Origin: Azolla caroliniana
Lineage: Eukaryota > Plantae > Polypodiophyta
Direction: 5' to 3'
Assembly: GCA_043228905.1 (NCBI GenBank)
Contig: JBHGNT010000017.1
Location: 8,742,001 to 8,806,000 of the forward strand
Length of the DNA stretch: 64,000 nt
Shown here: positions 25,012-38,889 of the stretch, one piece after another
Layout of the letters: each line of letters begins with the position of its first letter
How positions within the stretch are numbered: position 1 is the stretch's first letter
The notes under the pieces: model-generated
What the model saw: only the letters and a program-made list of their open reading frames with translations
Databases searched by the model: none
Told to the model about the DNA's origin: nothing
Position numbers and translations under genes: made by a program

Positions 25012-25268
25012 TATGACAGGCTTTCCAGATGTTTCTGGATGGGAAACATCTCGAGCTACTTGATCCAAAGCTTGAAAGAAGCCCATCAGCAAGCTTGATG
25101 GTTGAGAAGGTGCTAGAATTGGCATTCACTTGTGCAGCTCCAACAAAACAAGGCCGGCCTACTATGAAGAAGACTGCTGAAATACTGTGGGATGTTAGGA
25201 AAGACTATCAGACATTGTGGAGAGATCGTACAACTTTGTTGAACTCCGATTCACAAAAATCGCAGTAA
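18635..25268 (+). CDS. Receptor-like cytoplasmic kinase, CRCK/RLCK-IV-like (~428 aa). Exons 18635-18893, 18983-19203, 20940-21108, 22343-22432, 22516-22814, 25020-25268
   Basis: GT-AG introns with consistent phases (1287 nt in total). Motifs [53 protein letters not shown] and KSDVYSFG. The C-terminal LWDVRKDY is typical of CRCKs. Confidence 0.9.
19450..19940. repeat. Intronic direct duplication (~165 bp; ~19450-19615 vs ~19778-19940)
   Basis: Shared block GCTGTCATTTCA...CTCTAGATCTAGCATG...GCAATCCTTGAAATGGGGATTCAT. Confidence 0.85.
21326..21482. repeat. Intronic ~57-bp tandem repeat
   Basis: CATATGAGCGTCTTTATGTCCTTGTGACCACGTTTATGAAGATATCCCATATTT repeated. Confidence 0.85.
23330..24630. repeat. 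Diverged intronic direct repeat (~340 bp; ~23330-23670 vs ~24290-24630)
   Basis: Shared ATTGGGGGTTAA...GAGCTCCAATAGA...AAACCATTTCATAATGTCAA...CTTGCATCCTATGTTCCAAG...TAATAGCATGA. Confidence 0.75.
24779..24977. mobile_element. tRNA-derived (SINE-like) segments embedded in (AG)n
   Basis: On +: A box TAGCTCAGTTGG and B box GGTTCAACCC. On -: CCCTAATGG...GGGTTCGAAAC. A partial duplicate of the head lies at 24691-24717. No complete cloverleaf. Confidence 0.6.
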
Positions 25269-25814
25269 GGTCAAATATATTTTCACACATTAACTGTGTC
25301 TCTTATTAGCTCTGCTAATATGTAGTATATACATGTAAAGCTTCATATGGTTGCATCCTGCTTGTCCTCTTGTTTGGTCATCAACATTATATTATTAGGG
25401 ATAATGAAAGTAAAACTCACAGATGGTTGTGTTGTGTCAGAATCATGTGTTCTGTTGACCCATCTATATAGGAGGGGATCTTGTGTTGAAGCATTTGCCA
25501 GTTCATGTAAATATTATTTTTGCATACTGCAGGGCATTTTTTAATTTGTTAGGTCATTTCCCATGAAACACTAAGGGAGTTTATTCTTATGTATTTATTC
25601 CATATCTGGATTGTGCTACCATATTTGTAAGTTTACATTAGAAAAACGTGCGATTGGTCCAATTCGATTCTGGGCTATTTCACTCTAAATAATCTCATGT
25701 TTGAAGATATTTGTTAATAATTTACTCTAAATCACATCATCCTGTTTGAAGGCACTAAGTTTCAATTAGACAGACATGCGGTTTATCCAAAATGATTGTG
25801 GGCCCTTTCACCCA

Positions 25815-26025
25815 AATTGCGTCTGAACGTCTTGTAAGACCAAATTTGGCATTAATGTCAGTCCTACTATTTGCTTTTTGTTGGTAAGTTTGATATCACA
25901 AAATCTTGGATAATTCTTCAATTGCTTCTGAATGTCTTGTGAGACCAAATTTGGCATTAATATCAGCTCTACTATTGCTTTTTGTTTGTAAGTTTGCTAT
26001 CACAAAATCTTGGATAATTCTTCAA
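25815..26025. repeat. ~108-bp tandem duplication
   Basis: AATTGC...GACCAAATTTGGCATTAAT...ATCACAAAATCTTGGATAATTCTTCAATTG occurs twice. Confidence 0.85.
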
Positions 26026-26961
26026 TTGGTCAGCTACTCATGTAAAATTTCTTTTGTGAACTCCCCTGAATATTACGGTTGTTATATAGTTTCCAAAGCT
26101 TGATTATGGGGTGTGGCCATATTGAAATAGTAACATATTATATGTTAAATAAAGCATAATGTAAAGGCATGCCAAAAGGACAATCTAAAAGCATAGACAA
26201 AGCACCATGTAAAAGCACTCCTTTTGCATTAACGTGCATGTGATTTAACAAGTTATTGTTTATTGCCAAGTTTTGGTATTGCTCTTACATATGTTATCGT
26301 AGGTGAAACTTTTTAATGGGTTTGAATCTTTATACATTGGGTTTAATATGTTAAATTTGCTTTATATTTGTTGTTTTAGATTATACACACTAAATTTGCT
26401 CCTAAGAACATGACATTATCCATCCATTTTTACAACCCAAAATCAATGACCCTTTTCTAGCACAAAAATTGGACTAGAAATCACTCCAAGTACCCAAGGA
26501 TTGAAAACTAAAGACAACGTAATAATATGATATTCTAGACAAGTATGGTCATGTTTTCAGGACATATCATCAAGTCAAAATGATCTATGAGACTCCAAGT
26601 CTTCATCGTAGTTTTTATTGTATAAATCTTATACAATTAGTTATAATAGTATGAGGACACCCATCACTAAATAAATTCACATTTTGAGCAAATGCCATAC
26701 GTTTATTCATATCATTAGATATAAATGCTTATATATTCTTTTCATGCTATTCAGCAACATAGAACTCTTCCATATTGGGATTTCGATGATCTTTTCATGT
26801 TTCATAGGAGTATTCTAAATGTTAGTACCAAATAAAAGGATTTGATGTACATAAGAAAAATCTTATTGAGCTTCCCACTAGTGAAATATAAGTTATTATT
26901 AAAGAAAGATTGTCTTGTATAAAGAAATTGCCAACCCAATCCTTTGCGGCATGAGCCAATG

Positions 26962-27426
26962 TTCCTCTTTAGGTTGAGATTTCGAGTGGCAAACTCTCCT
27001 TGGGCATGTTATATCACAAAAATATATGAGGATGACGGAACTTACGTGTTCATAACAAGATTTGAATCAAAACAATAATATATTTTGAAAAACACTTAAG
27101 CATGGTTACAATAGGCATTTTTTATGAGGAGAGTTATTGTGTCTCATGATTTAGGCTTATATATTTGGGGTTTTCGGTGCTTGTTCAAACAAAAAACTTT
27201 CCTCTTTAGGTTGAGATTTCGTCTAGTGAGCCCTCGGGCATGTTATTATATTACAAGAATATATGAAGATGACGGAACTTACATGTTTATAACAAGAATT
27301 GAATCAAAACAATAATATATTTTGAAAAACACTTAAGCATGGTTACAATAGGCATTTGTTATGAAGAGAGTTATTGTGTCTCATGATGTAGGATTATATA
27401 TTTGGGGTTTTTGGTGCTTGTTCAAA
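26962..27426. repeat. ~237-bp tandem duplication
   Basis: TTCCTCTTTAGGTTGAGATTTCG...TGCTTGTTCAAA occurs twice. Confidence 0.9.
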
Positions 27427-29442
27427 TCCAACACTTTCCAATCAAATGTTTCACCAATACTAAGTGCGGCATTTGACTCATCCATATTGGTCCTCATCTA
27501 TTTTGGTCTTCTCTCAACTTGGCTACGATTCTCACACTTGAATGATTCACACAAATTTCCTAATTCCCTATGGTCCTAGGGCCTTCATAAAGAGCTCCAC
27601 ACTATTGTCCTCCTTGGAACACAACTCCAACTTCACCTTCTCACAAAAAATGAATTCTTGTATAAAATTGTGGAGCTGGATCTCAATATGCTTGGTTTAC
27701 TCAGCTTTGGTAATTTGAGGTAAGACTCAGTTGAGTGTCAACATGTCATTAGCAAGGTGCAACAAACACAACAACAATTGCATTGGTATTGTTCGAAAAT
27801 TATTGTTGATTTAGGGGGAGGGGTTTTTTTCATCGAAATTTCCATTAAGATCATCATGGGAGTCATTCGGTTGTAAACCATTGATCACACGAAAGTGTGG
27901 GTTTTTTGGTAAATGGAAAATGACTTTCGTAGTTTCACTTGTGTTGCATACCAAAGTGACCCTTCGTTGTTTTGATTCATAGTGAGCACATGTTTACAAT
28001 TCTTTCCTAAATAAGTAAATTTGAACGTGATAATAAATACAAAGCAAATTTTAGTAGGGCTTCTTTAAAAGATGGATCAACTGCCCTCGATTATATAATA
28101 AATGAACCTTGCTCCATATGATGAGAATAGATTTTGAATATAAGGTTTAGAGGGGAGATCCTTGATTCATCCTAGTGACTCTATGACCCAACAATGAGCT
28201 CATCAACAACCCATGTGATGCTTCCTCATAGGATTTGATGAATCTACAAAAGAGATCATAATGAAAGTGGTTTACGATTTATAGATTCCTTAATTTTATC
28301 GTAGTTCTTATTTAGATATTCCCAAAATGACTTCAGCCATTCATGGGTATGATAGGGGTTTCTCTTGATTTCTTATTTACATCCCCTAGTTGTTTCTTTT
28401 ATACATCTTATCTTGATTATTTTTGGGCAAACATTTTTTAGGGCTCAAAGTTTGTAAACATTTACCAAGAAAGAATGTGTGTATGTTTGTAGCTTACATT
28501 ACTAAAGCTCTACACAAAAACTTATTGCATCTACTTGGCATCATATTAGAGAACCCCAAATCTTGACCCCGATTGAGGAAACACTTTTATAGCATTCTAA
28601 TGTAAAGTTCTTACTTATATAACAAGCAAGACTTATCTTGTGGTTGAAGAAATATGAGTGCAAAACAAGCAAGACTTACATCTGCTTTCAAGATACAATT
28701 GTCACATCCTTGCATTGCATTGCTTGGTACACCAAGAAAAGGTACAACATAAATGATGGTGGCTCTTGTGTGGATTTCATACAAATGGAATGTATCTCTT
28801 GTAGAGACTCCATGCATCCAAAATTCACTTTCACATTATGTGGGTGATCTATGCAATTATGTGAACAAGATTGGGATGAGTTAGGTGTCCAAGAGGTTAT
28901 TAAAGGTAATTGCAAGCACCAATTTATATGAATTAATGGATGCCAACAACAATGGGGAATACATTTACTAGGATACAAGGCACATGGATCATACCAATAC
29001 TGCTAGATAATGGAGAGAGATCATTGCATGGCAAGTCATTTCCACTCGAAGACATTTGTATTTCGTCATTGCCTCACTACAACACACCAACCAATTTGAT
29101 TCCATGACCCCTAACCATCATGCATCCCACACACATCATATACATATCATTTCCATGGATATTTAAGAAGTCATGATTCCTTACCAACTGTAAAGCCTTC
29201 ACGAGTATGCATATCATTTTCATGGATCTTTATGAAAGCTAATATTTATATTTGTGATCTCAAGAATATGATTTGCTCCAAGTTGTAAAGGCTCTAATGC
29301 ATTATTATGCATCTTAGGAAACATTGTCAATTTTGTTTCCATGTGGTTGGTAGTTTGCCGGTTTACACTCTAGAATCAAAGTCAAAGAAATGAGAAAAAC
29401 TGAAGTTCCATCCTTGCGCCATGGGCCCAATCTTGTCCCATA

Positions 29443-29788
29443 GGTTGCTATCAACCTCCTATCAATCTAAAAAGAAAACATATATATTTCTATGGTTTTC
29501 TTTAATTATCATGTTCAACAACACACATACGCACATACTGACACTCCCGACAATCCTTCACATAAAAATTTCCTACATTAGCCCTAAATGTTGATTATTG
29601 CACCATCCACCTCAGGTTGCTATCAACCTCCTATCAATCTAAAAAGAAAACATATCTCTTTCTATGGTTTTCTTTAATTATCATGTACAAGAACACACAT
29701 TCGCACATACCGACACTCCCGACAATCCTTCACATAAAAATTTCCTACATTAGCCCTACATTTTGATTATTCCACCATCCACCTCAGG
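29443..29788. repeat. ~172-bp tandem duplication
   Basis: AGGTTGCTATCAACCTCC...CCATCCACCTCAGG occurs twice. Confidence 0.9.
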
Positions 29789-30771
29789 CATAAACATTTT
29801 AGGGCAACTAGGCAGATACAGAAAGCCATGGTCATTTCATGATCTCCTCTAAATTGAGTGCCATTAATGAAAACTCCCATTGTCCAGCCCAAATGAACTA
29901 GGCATAAAAGACCATCCAGAAGATTCTCTAGTACAAGCTTAGGAATATCACATTTTATTAGACATGGTACCTTTCGAGTTCCTAGAGAGAAATCCATGTT
30001 GGAATGGCATATAAAAGCATTGGAGAAGAAAATTTGTTCGCCACGTCAATGACTCAAAACAATCTACATACATAATATGAGTGATTCTTCTTGGTGCTTT
30101 AAGTTGTGACAAAGGACATCACCACATCATGTTAAATCATGTTATGTTATTGTGTGTGTGCATTACCTATTTCTTTTGTTATTCATGTTTCTTGTACGAT
30201 TTCTATCCCAATTGATGTTCGCAATATAATATAATCAGCATGTCAAAAAACATACATATACATCTCCCAACTGAGGAAGAAATCACAAACGAGGAAGAGA
30301 TTCCACTATGATAATGGCTGCATCGTGTGTCGCAAGATTCTCATTTTCAATCAATCAATGGAGTCCATTCGAGGGAGCGATTCCATGCCGGACTACGATG
30401 CATCCTTGAGAATCGAGACGATGCTAGGTTGCCCGGAGAAATGAAAATTGAGCACAAAACTATAACTAAATGGGAGCTCCTACTTTGGGGAAAAACAAAA
30501 AGAGAATATAGAAAAAGAAAAAGGAAAGGGGGGGGAGGGTGTTTGATGTTACCAAAAGAAGCCTAATCAGAAGTCTCTTGCTCATAAAGGGAACCAGGCA
30601 AAAAGAAAGTTTGGTTTCTGTCGGTGTACAAAATTGTGAAATACTTCACGTGAAGAAAGAAGAGTTATAAAAGAATGAGAGAAAGTAGATTAGGAGATGC
30701 TTAAAGTGTTTTGTTGTCATGTGGATCTCCCCCCCCTCCCCCTTCCATATACCACTAGGAAGGACTAGGGA

Positions 30772-33113
30772 CTATAGGATGCAAAATAAGACCAAAGAGA
30801 ATGTGAACCAAACACTCGCACTCGGAATACTTCTCCATGGCGACGATGATGGTGAGAATGATGCCCCAAATGTTCCACTGCTGTTCGATATCCCCGAACT
30901 GTTAGAAAAAAAAAAAAAAGGAAACCAAGTTTGGGTAAGGATTCATTCTAAGTTCATATTGATGAAAGGATTTGTGCGAGAAATGTCCAATTCTTGCGAT
31001 GATTTCACAACATTATGAGATTATAGAGGCAGGCTGAGGTGTAATGGCATATGTATAAAGGGCCCATGGAACTCTGAAGCCATGTAAGAATTGAGCCTAG
31101 CCTTCATAAACCGATAATGGTGAAAAATCGAATCGGAAAACAAAACACAAGAAAGAGACCACATTGCCGACTGTACTTACTCGGTTTGGAAAACACATGA
31201 TCCATAACCTGAGAATAGGTCAGAGAAAAAAACAGCACCACCAATACAACATTAAGTTAGTAATTATCATTGGAAATTCAAGTCAGCAAATCAAATCATT
31301 CAAATTCATCCCCTACCGACAATGGCTGCACACAAGAAATTGAATGTGCATCACTTTAGATACAATAGCTACATGAAGACACACATGCATACATCCACAC
31401 TTGCTGTGAATCAAGCAACATATGGTGAAGACCCAAAAATATGCTATGGCATGCCAAGCTCAAAACACATATAGCCATCTATATCTTCAATGTCTGAAGA
31501 TTGATGGAGCAAACACTTTTAGAGAAGGGCAAAGAAAAGTTGAAGAAAATCCATGCTTACTCGGGTTCGAAGTGGTAATCATTGCCGTCCCGCCGAAATT
31601 GCAAGCTGCGGAGTTATCTCCACTTCTCTGGTAGTAGCTGTTATAGGCATAGGAAGCATGGTTGACAAAGGTATCAGGCAAGAAGCACGCTTGGCCTTGT
31701 TGGATAGGTCCGCAATCGGCATTCCCTTGGCCGCACGCGTAGTTCAAGCCTTCCTCGAGGCTCTCATTGCTCGCGCTCGGTATAGCCACGCACCAAGTGC
31801 CCCCGGTCCCATTGAAGCTCTGGGGGGATCCGCTCTCCGAATTGTTCACATCTAGGTAGTAGAAGCTATCTTCATTGACATCGAACACGCCCCAGTTCCT
31901 CTCCGAGCTTTTGCCGGGCTTCTTGTCCTCGTCGAAGACGGAGAAGATGAAGGCTTGCAGAGGGTGTCCAGGCTGGTGGGGTGTCCCCGTCTCATTGATC
32001 ACGAACTCCATGAGATGGTTGTTATATGCAGCCGCATTCTGCACTGTGGCCGCAACCTCATCGCTATCTCCTTTGGTCGGCCACCCGGTCTCGCTCACAA
32101 CCACACTCAGCTCACTATGACCCATCCCTTCCAATGCAAAGTAGACGGCATCAAGCTGTGCGAAGAGCAACCCGGTGTAGGAGAGATTGGTCTTGGGGTC
32201 GACCACATTCTTCTTGGGCTGGAACAGGGCATAGTCCAGAGCCACACTGTCTTGCTCAAACATGTAGGCATGGTAAGGGTAGGCATTGACCATGTAGAAG
32301 GAGCCTGTCTGCTTGAGGAAGTCGAGGATGGGCTTCACGAAGGAGTCGGCGAGGGAGGTGTTGAAAGCGGCAGAGGAGGGAGGGAAGGAGGACTGGAGGA
32401 TGGCCATGGAGTGGGCAGTGGAGACCTTGATCTCATTGGCCAAGTTTGCTTTGGTGAGGCCAGTGTGTATGTTGAGCATGGCAGGGAGGACCAGGGGAGC
32501 CAAATGTGGGGTAAGGTTCGGGACCTCGACACCTACCGTCACTACCGAGATGGTGAATCCCGAGAGGGCCACGAGCGGAGACAGCACTGAATTGACCCAT
32601 GCATCAGCTAGTTGCTCTGTTTGGAAGTTTGGGAGCTCTTCATTGGGTATGGTGATTACAAGGTCTATGTTGGTCCCTGCAAAGGCTGTAATCACTGAGG
32701 TGTTGTAGTCATAGATCCTCACCTTGCTTATGGATTGCTTGGCTAGGAACTGAGCTACACTCTGTGGTGATGGAAGGTTGTCTCCATTCCTTCCATAGCA
32801 GAAACCTATGCTCCCACCATTCACTCTTCTCATCATCCCCACTGAAAACACACAAAAAGCATCCCATCCGATTTCTTTTGAGCAAACCAAAAGCCAAAAG
32901 CCCAAAAAAAAAACAAGAAAAATGTTAACTCTTTGCTGGGAAAATTTCTTCTTCTTGTTCTAGTTTTCTTTTCTTTTCCTGCAGACACAATTTTTGCTTT
33001 ATGGATAGCTTCTTAGTTTTTCTTTTTTTCTTTTTGAGTTTACCTGATGTAAGCGTAAGGAAGTTGAGGAGGAGGAGTAGGGTTGTGAGCAGGGGTAGTG
33101 AGGAGGTCTCCAT
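30772..33113 (-). CDS. Glucan endo-1,3-beta-glucosidase (GH17 + X8/CBM43, signal peptide, likely GPI anchor; ~501 aa). Exons 33113-33044, 32841-31561, 31208-31181, 30898-30772
   Basis: IGFCYGRNGDNLP, VNAYPY, VSETGWP and ERNWG motifs. X8 domain WCVA...YACG...DC...C...ASYAYNSYYQ...CNF...SYGSC. Hydrophobic C-terminal tail. GT-AG phases are consistent (1506 nt). Confidence 0.92.
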
Positions 33114-33133
33114 TGGAGAAGAGATTTTGCAGG

Positions 33134-33175
<42 letters not shown>

Positions 33176-34013
33176 TCTGAGGAAGATGAAGGAGAAAGAG
33201 TGAGTAGGCGGCAGGTGTGGAGATAGATTAGACAGAGAGAAGGGGTTTTGTTTTGTGTGTGAAAAAGAGACCTGTAAAGAGAGTGTGTGCGTTAATAATA
33301 AGACTCAGGATTGATTACTCACACTCGCCAGTAGCAGAGTAGTAGTAGTAGGCTTAGCTAAGAAGCTCACTTCTGCTCCTTTTTTGTTTTTTGCTTTTTG
33401 GTTGCTTTCTAAAAAAGCCCAAATTCTTGTTGTTGTTCAAACGGTTATGTTGCTTCCTCTTCTCTCCTCTTTTGTCTTTCTTTCTTTCTTTCAGGGTAAA
33501 AAGCAGAACGCAAACGCAAACGCAACCACAACCACAGCATTCTTCATGGGTTTTTTTTCTCCCCTTTTTCTGATTAAAATTTCCAATCAATAAATAAATA
33601 AATATTTCCTATGTTTTTTAGACGTCGACGAAAAGCTGGAGATAAAAATAAAAATTATTACTTAAATTAATTAATTTGTAATTAGTTTGCTCATTTGCAA
33701 TTTTTTTAGTCTCTCAATAAACAAACCAGACAAAAAAGAAGAAGAAGTTATTACCAAACGCCCAACGCTTCTTATTGTTTATTTTACTCCTGTCTACATA
33801 CTTATGTATTTATCTATACATACTTACTATTCACTATTCTTCTTTTACTATTTATTGTTCGCTCTTGTTTATTTATTTATTATTTGCTTTTGTTTGTTTA
33901 TTCTATTAATTTTATTTGCGCTTGTTAATTAATTAATTATTATTTGCTCTTGTTTATTTATTATTTGCTATTGTTCATTTACCTCATTCTTCGTACCTCA
34001 TCTCATCTACCCC

Positions 34014-34059
<46 letters not shown>

Positions 34060-36371
34060 TGTTGTTGTTTTCACCACGTATCTATTTATCTTTTACCCTC
34101 AATTATTCATCACCAATTTCCATCTCTATCATCTTCCTCGTCTTCATCATCATACATGTTGTATCATGTACATGTATGATTCTAATCCAATCTTGTCGTA
34201 TGACGAACCACACGTGTCGCGAGATACCTGCTCCCCTCATATCTATGTATGCTCATAGTCTATAGATACATCTAGATGATGATGTTCCTCACAATCACAG
34301 AGATGACACTCAATGATATATCCTATCGGCGAAAACAAATGTGCAAATGAATAAATTCCTTTGCTTGATTACCTGTGTCAAGAGGGCATGCCATGCTTAC
34401 ATTCCTAATAAATATACTTGTGAAGAAGTTCCTAAGCATGGTGCGTCTATTGCCATCGCTTTTGATGTATCACTTCTCCTCATGCAATCATGCTCAATCT
34501 CACAATTTCAGGTCACCTCTCATAGCAAAATATAACACATATATGCTTGACTCCTACCCAAGGTGCTCTCTAAGTACCAAGATATGCATTGCAAGGAAAT
34601 GTGTAGATAAAGTTCTTGAGTTGCATAGTCAAATTTGCTATTTTTTGTCTTGTCGCGTGGAGGGGTGTTTCTCCCAATAAAATGTTATGCCCAATGAAAG
34701 GTTGAGAGGTCATAATGCGTTTCTCTTTTCGTTGGTTGCACGTAAGGTTGCCTTGTCACATGCATTTGTGTGTGTGTACGTGAATGTAAATAGTACACAC
34801 ATATGTAAAGAGTAATTGGGCCTAAATTTTATAAACCTTTGGAAGTCTATCTAATAACACAAGAAGTGTGGAAGCAAGAATACAAAATCAAGATTTGAAA
34901 AAAAAGCAATACGAAAGGCTCGATAGGTTGAATTTTGGATGCCCAAGTTGCACGTTGAAGATCTTTGAAATACATTGGCAATTGCCATAGATAGGCTTGG
35001 AAATCTTGATGCGTGAGTAAGGAATGATGACCCAAAATCATTTTCATTCACATTCGATGCTCGGAATTGCTGCAATTGGGTTCTCCACATCTTATGCTTA
35101 GATCATACTAAATAAATTTTATAGAGATTGATTGAGCATGTCACTAGCATGGAGACAAAAGAGATCAAGAGGAATCTAACAATTTCAACATGAACACACA
35201 TGCATGGACTTCAATGAAGTTAAATCAATAATGAATTGATAACATCGTGGAATATATGTTAAATATAAACTTCTCCGTAGTTTTCGTTCAACAAATTATG
35301 GTAATTGGTAGAGTTCCAAGTTTTTATTCTCTCTCGATGATTGAGTGATAGTCATGGTAGAGTTTCAACATTCATTAATAGATCTGGTTCATAACTTCCA
35401 TATTGGAACTCAGTGGAGGTTGATATTGATACTGTTCTCTTTTATTTTCTACCAGCTTCATGAAGATTTCACTAATACGTATCTATTGCCGATATTCACA
35501 TCGTATATGTGATTTTAGGTCTTGAAAATATTTAATGGAGTGAGAATTTGATATTGTGTTTGTTTAATTCTCTTGTTAATGAAGTGCATGGGTCCAATGA
35601 GTTTAGGAAAATAGAAAAATTATATGTCGGAATAAAGAAAATGAATGCGTGTACCCTTGAGAAATGTGAAAAATATTGAAGGATGGAGGTACTAATAGTT
35701 TATAAGCATCTATGAACGTTTATTTTAAAAAGCCTAGCTTGAAATTTGTTATCAATACACTTTAGGACGAAAAAGAGCTATAGTCCCTATGAGTATTACA
35801 TTTAATACATTATAGTTAGAGAATTATGGCACGTTATGGAGAGGCATGAAACTAGCTTTTGAGAGTTCTCATGCAACGATGTTGTCGTGTTGCCAATGGC
35901 ACACAATGGAAACTACCTTCAAAGCTAGTAATTTAACTATTTAAAAATATTGTTTTCAAAGAAAAATCGAGAACAAGTTTCTTCCTCGAAGGTATATTCT
36001 TAAAGATGTAGTCAATATAATAGTTGTATGTAAGCTAAAGCATGAGTTACTAAGTGACAACATCTTGTTAGCCTTTAATTCATGTGAGAATCTTATATAT
36101 AAGGGAGAGAGATGTGAAGAAACAATATTTATATGTTAGGGAGAATAAACGAACAACATGGATCAAAAATTCTCGAAAGGAGGGTTGAAATTTGCAGTGT
36201 TAACTTCATATCAATTAATATAATTACATTTTGTTTATGTGGGTATTTAAATGATAGTTTAATAAATATTGTGGCTTACTAGTGGAAATGATTCAATCTA
36301 TCTCAAAGTTTGCTGGTTCCAACCTTAACTTGTCAAAAACAATCCTTGTGGGTATATTTTTAGTCCTCCAT

Positions 36372-36965
36372 TGTTGGGCTAAAAGTTCCACTCTACCCAC
36401 TTGTATCCTAGTGTGAACTCTCCTAAGGGAGTTAGGGCTTAGTTACCCTAAGTATAAGTATGGGGAACTAAGTCTTGTAAAGTAGTTCGGTGGATTTGAA
36501 TGAAACTGTCTTTCTCTCTATTGTAACTGACTCTCAACTATTCTCTGTGTATCTGGGTTGTGATTGAACAATATACCATCTCTCTCTTTATTTGACTCAT
36601 GTTTGCTCATTTCCTCTAAAACAAGATTCATATACATATTTTGTATAAGTCGACCAACCACACACACTAGTCGACATAGGCACAACATATTTTGCCTTCA
36701 ATTGGTATCAAAGCGAATCTTTGGAACCTGAGCGGCATCAATACAAAAAGAAGAAACCTAAAGGAAAGGACCAGGCCAACAAACACCTCCAGAAGAACTA
36801 TGGCTTCAACATCCAACATTGTTTGTGAAATTAGAAAGTTCGACGACAAAGTTTTTGCCCTTTAGAAGGAAATGATGCAGGACATGTTGATCATCAAACA
36901 CCAAATAGAGATGATTCAACACAACAACAAGTTGACATCGATGACAGAAGAGGAATGACAATCAT
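36372..36965 (+). mobile_element. Copia 5' remnant: LTR (~36372-36700), tRNA-iMet PBS (36703-36714) and decayed gag start (36800)
   Basis: ...TTCA-AT-TGGTATCAAAGC followed by MASTSNIVCEIRKFDDKVFAL*KEMMQDML, which resembles the gag N-terminus of E. Confidence 0.75.
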
Positions 36966-37439
36966 TGTCACGGACACACCAACCGTGGACTTAGACGGAG
37001 TATCGATGACGAGGCTACGACCGATAAGTGGAATCGGAAGTGACGAGGCTAGGAACTCTAGAAGCTGTGAGCGACAAAGACTATGAACATAGGAAGGTAA
37101 GGTTAACTGGAGAGCATGAAGACAAATACGAAGATCAAGGAGACAATATGGCATGAAACGAGAATACTAGATTGATGTGTCAATGACTGGCGTTGAATCC
37201 CTTGAAAGGGACCAAGGAGGTTACAAGTATTTATATAAGTTTCGAGATTGAATATCTCTAGAATATACTCGAGAAATATCTATAGAATATACCCACCTAG
37301 AATATATCATACAATATTTCTATAATATACTAACAACTAGAATATTCTGATTCTGAAATGACATACTATATGCTAGACTATATAATACTAAACTATTATA
37401 TACAAATACATGCTCATATCAAAATGGTTGAGCATGACA
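36966..37439 (-). mobile_element. Probable solo LTR; a related fragment lies inverted at 62479-62668
   Basis: TGTCA...TGACA ends and TCTAGA-rich core. It interrupts the copia gag. TSD not confirmed. Confidence 0.6.
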
Positions 37440-37448
37440 TCTTGTTGA

Positions 37449-37893
37449 TGTTAGTGTAAAAGTGAAAGTGCGGAAGCATAGACTAAACCGGCTTTGCCAG
37501 ATAATAGCAAAAAAACAGAACTAACGGTTTAATGGAAAGCTTAAGAATACACAATACGTGGGAGAGACAAAGAGAGACAGAGAGAGTAGGACGTAAACTC
37601 AAATTCAAAAATATCACTTTGTACATACAAATGTCTTAAAGAACACTTTTTATACAAGTTCTTAAAGGACGGATAGAAGTACTGACGTGTACTTCAATGC
37701 TCGTATTGAGCATCAGACACAGACTCCCAAAAATATGCCTACGTACTAGGGTAGAGTTGTAGGCCTCTAACGGCCTACCGATTACAATTCGATCCGTACA
37801 CTGATCCAACTCTCCAATCTGGTTCTTCGTTCCGGATACCGATCCGGTTTTGGCTTATTTAGCCGATCCGGATCCAGTTGAGCTTGTCTGATA
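37449..37893 (-). mobile_element. LTR-like segment
   Basis: TGTTAG end, minus-strand GCTTCCGCA U5-like motif, TATA-like and CT-rich tracts. Boundaries are uncertain. Confidence 0.4.
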
Positions 37894-38889
37894 GACTTCA
37901 CTCCTTTCAGTACATTGACCAAGTTCCACGTCTCATTTTCCATGAGTGCGTGCATCTCTTCCTCGATGGCCTTTTGCTAGTTTGGATCCTTAGCCGCTTC
38001 TGCGTAGCTCTCCGGCTCACACACAACTGCCACCTTCGTCAGGTACGCATAGTGATGCGCCATGTACTCATTATATCCATACCTTTTTATGGGGTTCTTC
38101 TAGCGGGTTGATCATTGTAACTTCGCATTCGCCGATTGCAAGGCCCTCTTGGCCTGCTCGGACTTCGTTCCCGAAGGTCCGTCTTTGTTCTTTCCAGAGT
38201 CGGATTCGCTCTGATCCGACTCGTCTCTACCGGTGGCATATTCCGGCATCTTCTTCTTCCCCTTCTCATTACGAGTGAACCGTCTCCTTGGTTCCTTGCA
38301 CGGGGAGATCATGGACGAGTCTCCACTACTCACCGGCTCGTCATCCGATTGACCGCTTCAGCTCAACAAGTCCGGGTTCGGTCCACTGATCTGGAGGGAA
38401 GTCAGACTATCTAGATGATCAGATTCCGCAATGCTTCCCTCTATTCTGGAATCTGTTGGCTCGTTTGGAACAATCGGCTCGGGTTCGGGTGGTGCGAAGT
38501 ACCAAGATGTTGATTCGTCAAAAACGACATTGCCGCTTAGACTGAGGGTTGTAGCACTTGTACCCCTTCTGCTCATCAGAGTAGCCAACCAAGATACACT
38601 TCTCAGCCTTGGCATCTAGCTTTTTCCACTTCTCATCCGGCACATGCACATACGCAATGTTGCCAAATACCCGAAGGTGCGCCAAATTCGTCTTCTACTC
38701 AAAGTACAATTCATGCGGCGACACCTTTGTCCTTGAGGTAGATATCTGATTTTGTATGTAGACGGCTGTCCGAATTGCTTCGGCCCAATAAATCCGGAGC
38801 ATGCACTTCTCTTCTATCATTGGCCACTCTGCTTCTATCAATGTCTAATTCCATTGTTCGGCCACACCGTTTTGCTCTGGCGTGTATCT
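37894..38889 (-). pseudogene. Copia pol remnant (integrase C-half to start of RT)
   Basis: Minus-strand YTPEQNGVAE, FGNIAYVHVPDEK..KLDAKAEKCILVGY and EEEMHALMENETWNLV. Confidence 0.85.

Noticed and set aside
27600-27800. Copia RNase H remnant (TKHIEIQLH on minus strand)
   Set aside because: A single short motif, too decayed to delimit.
28600-30000. Short ORFs suggesting a pseudogene or SWIM finger
   Set aside because: No recognisable motif spacing or splice structure.
33350-34270. Hydrophobic short ORFs
   Set aside because: Products of T-rich and CT microsatellite low-complexity upstream DNA.
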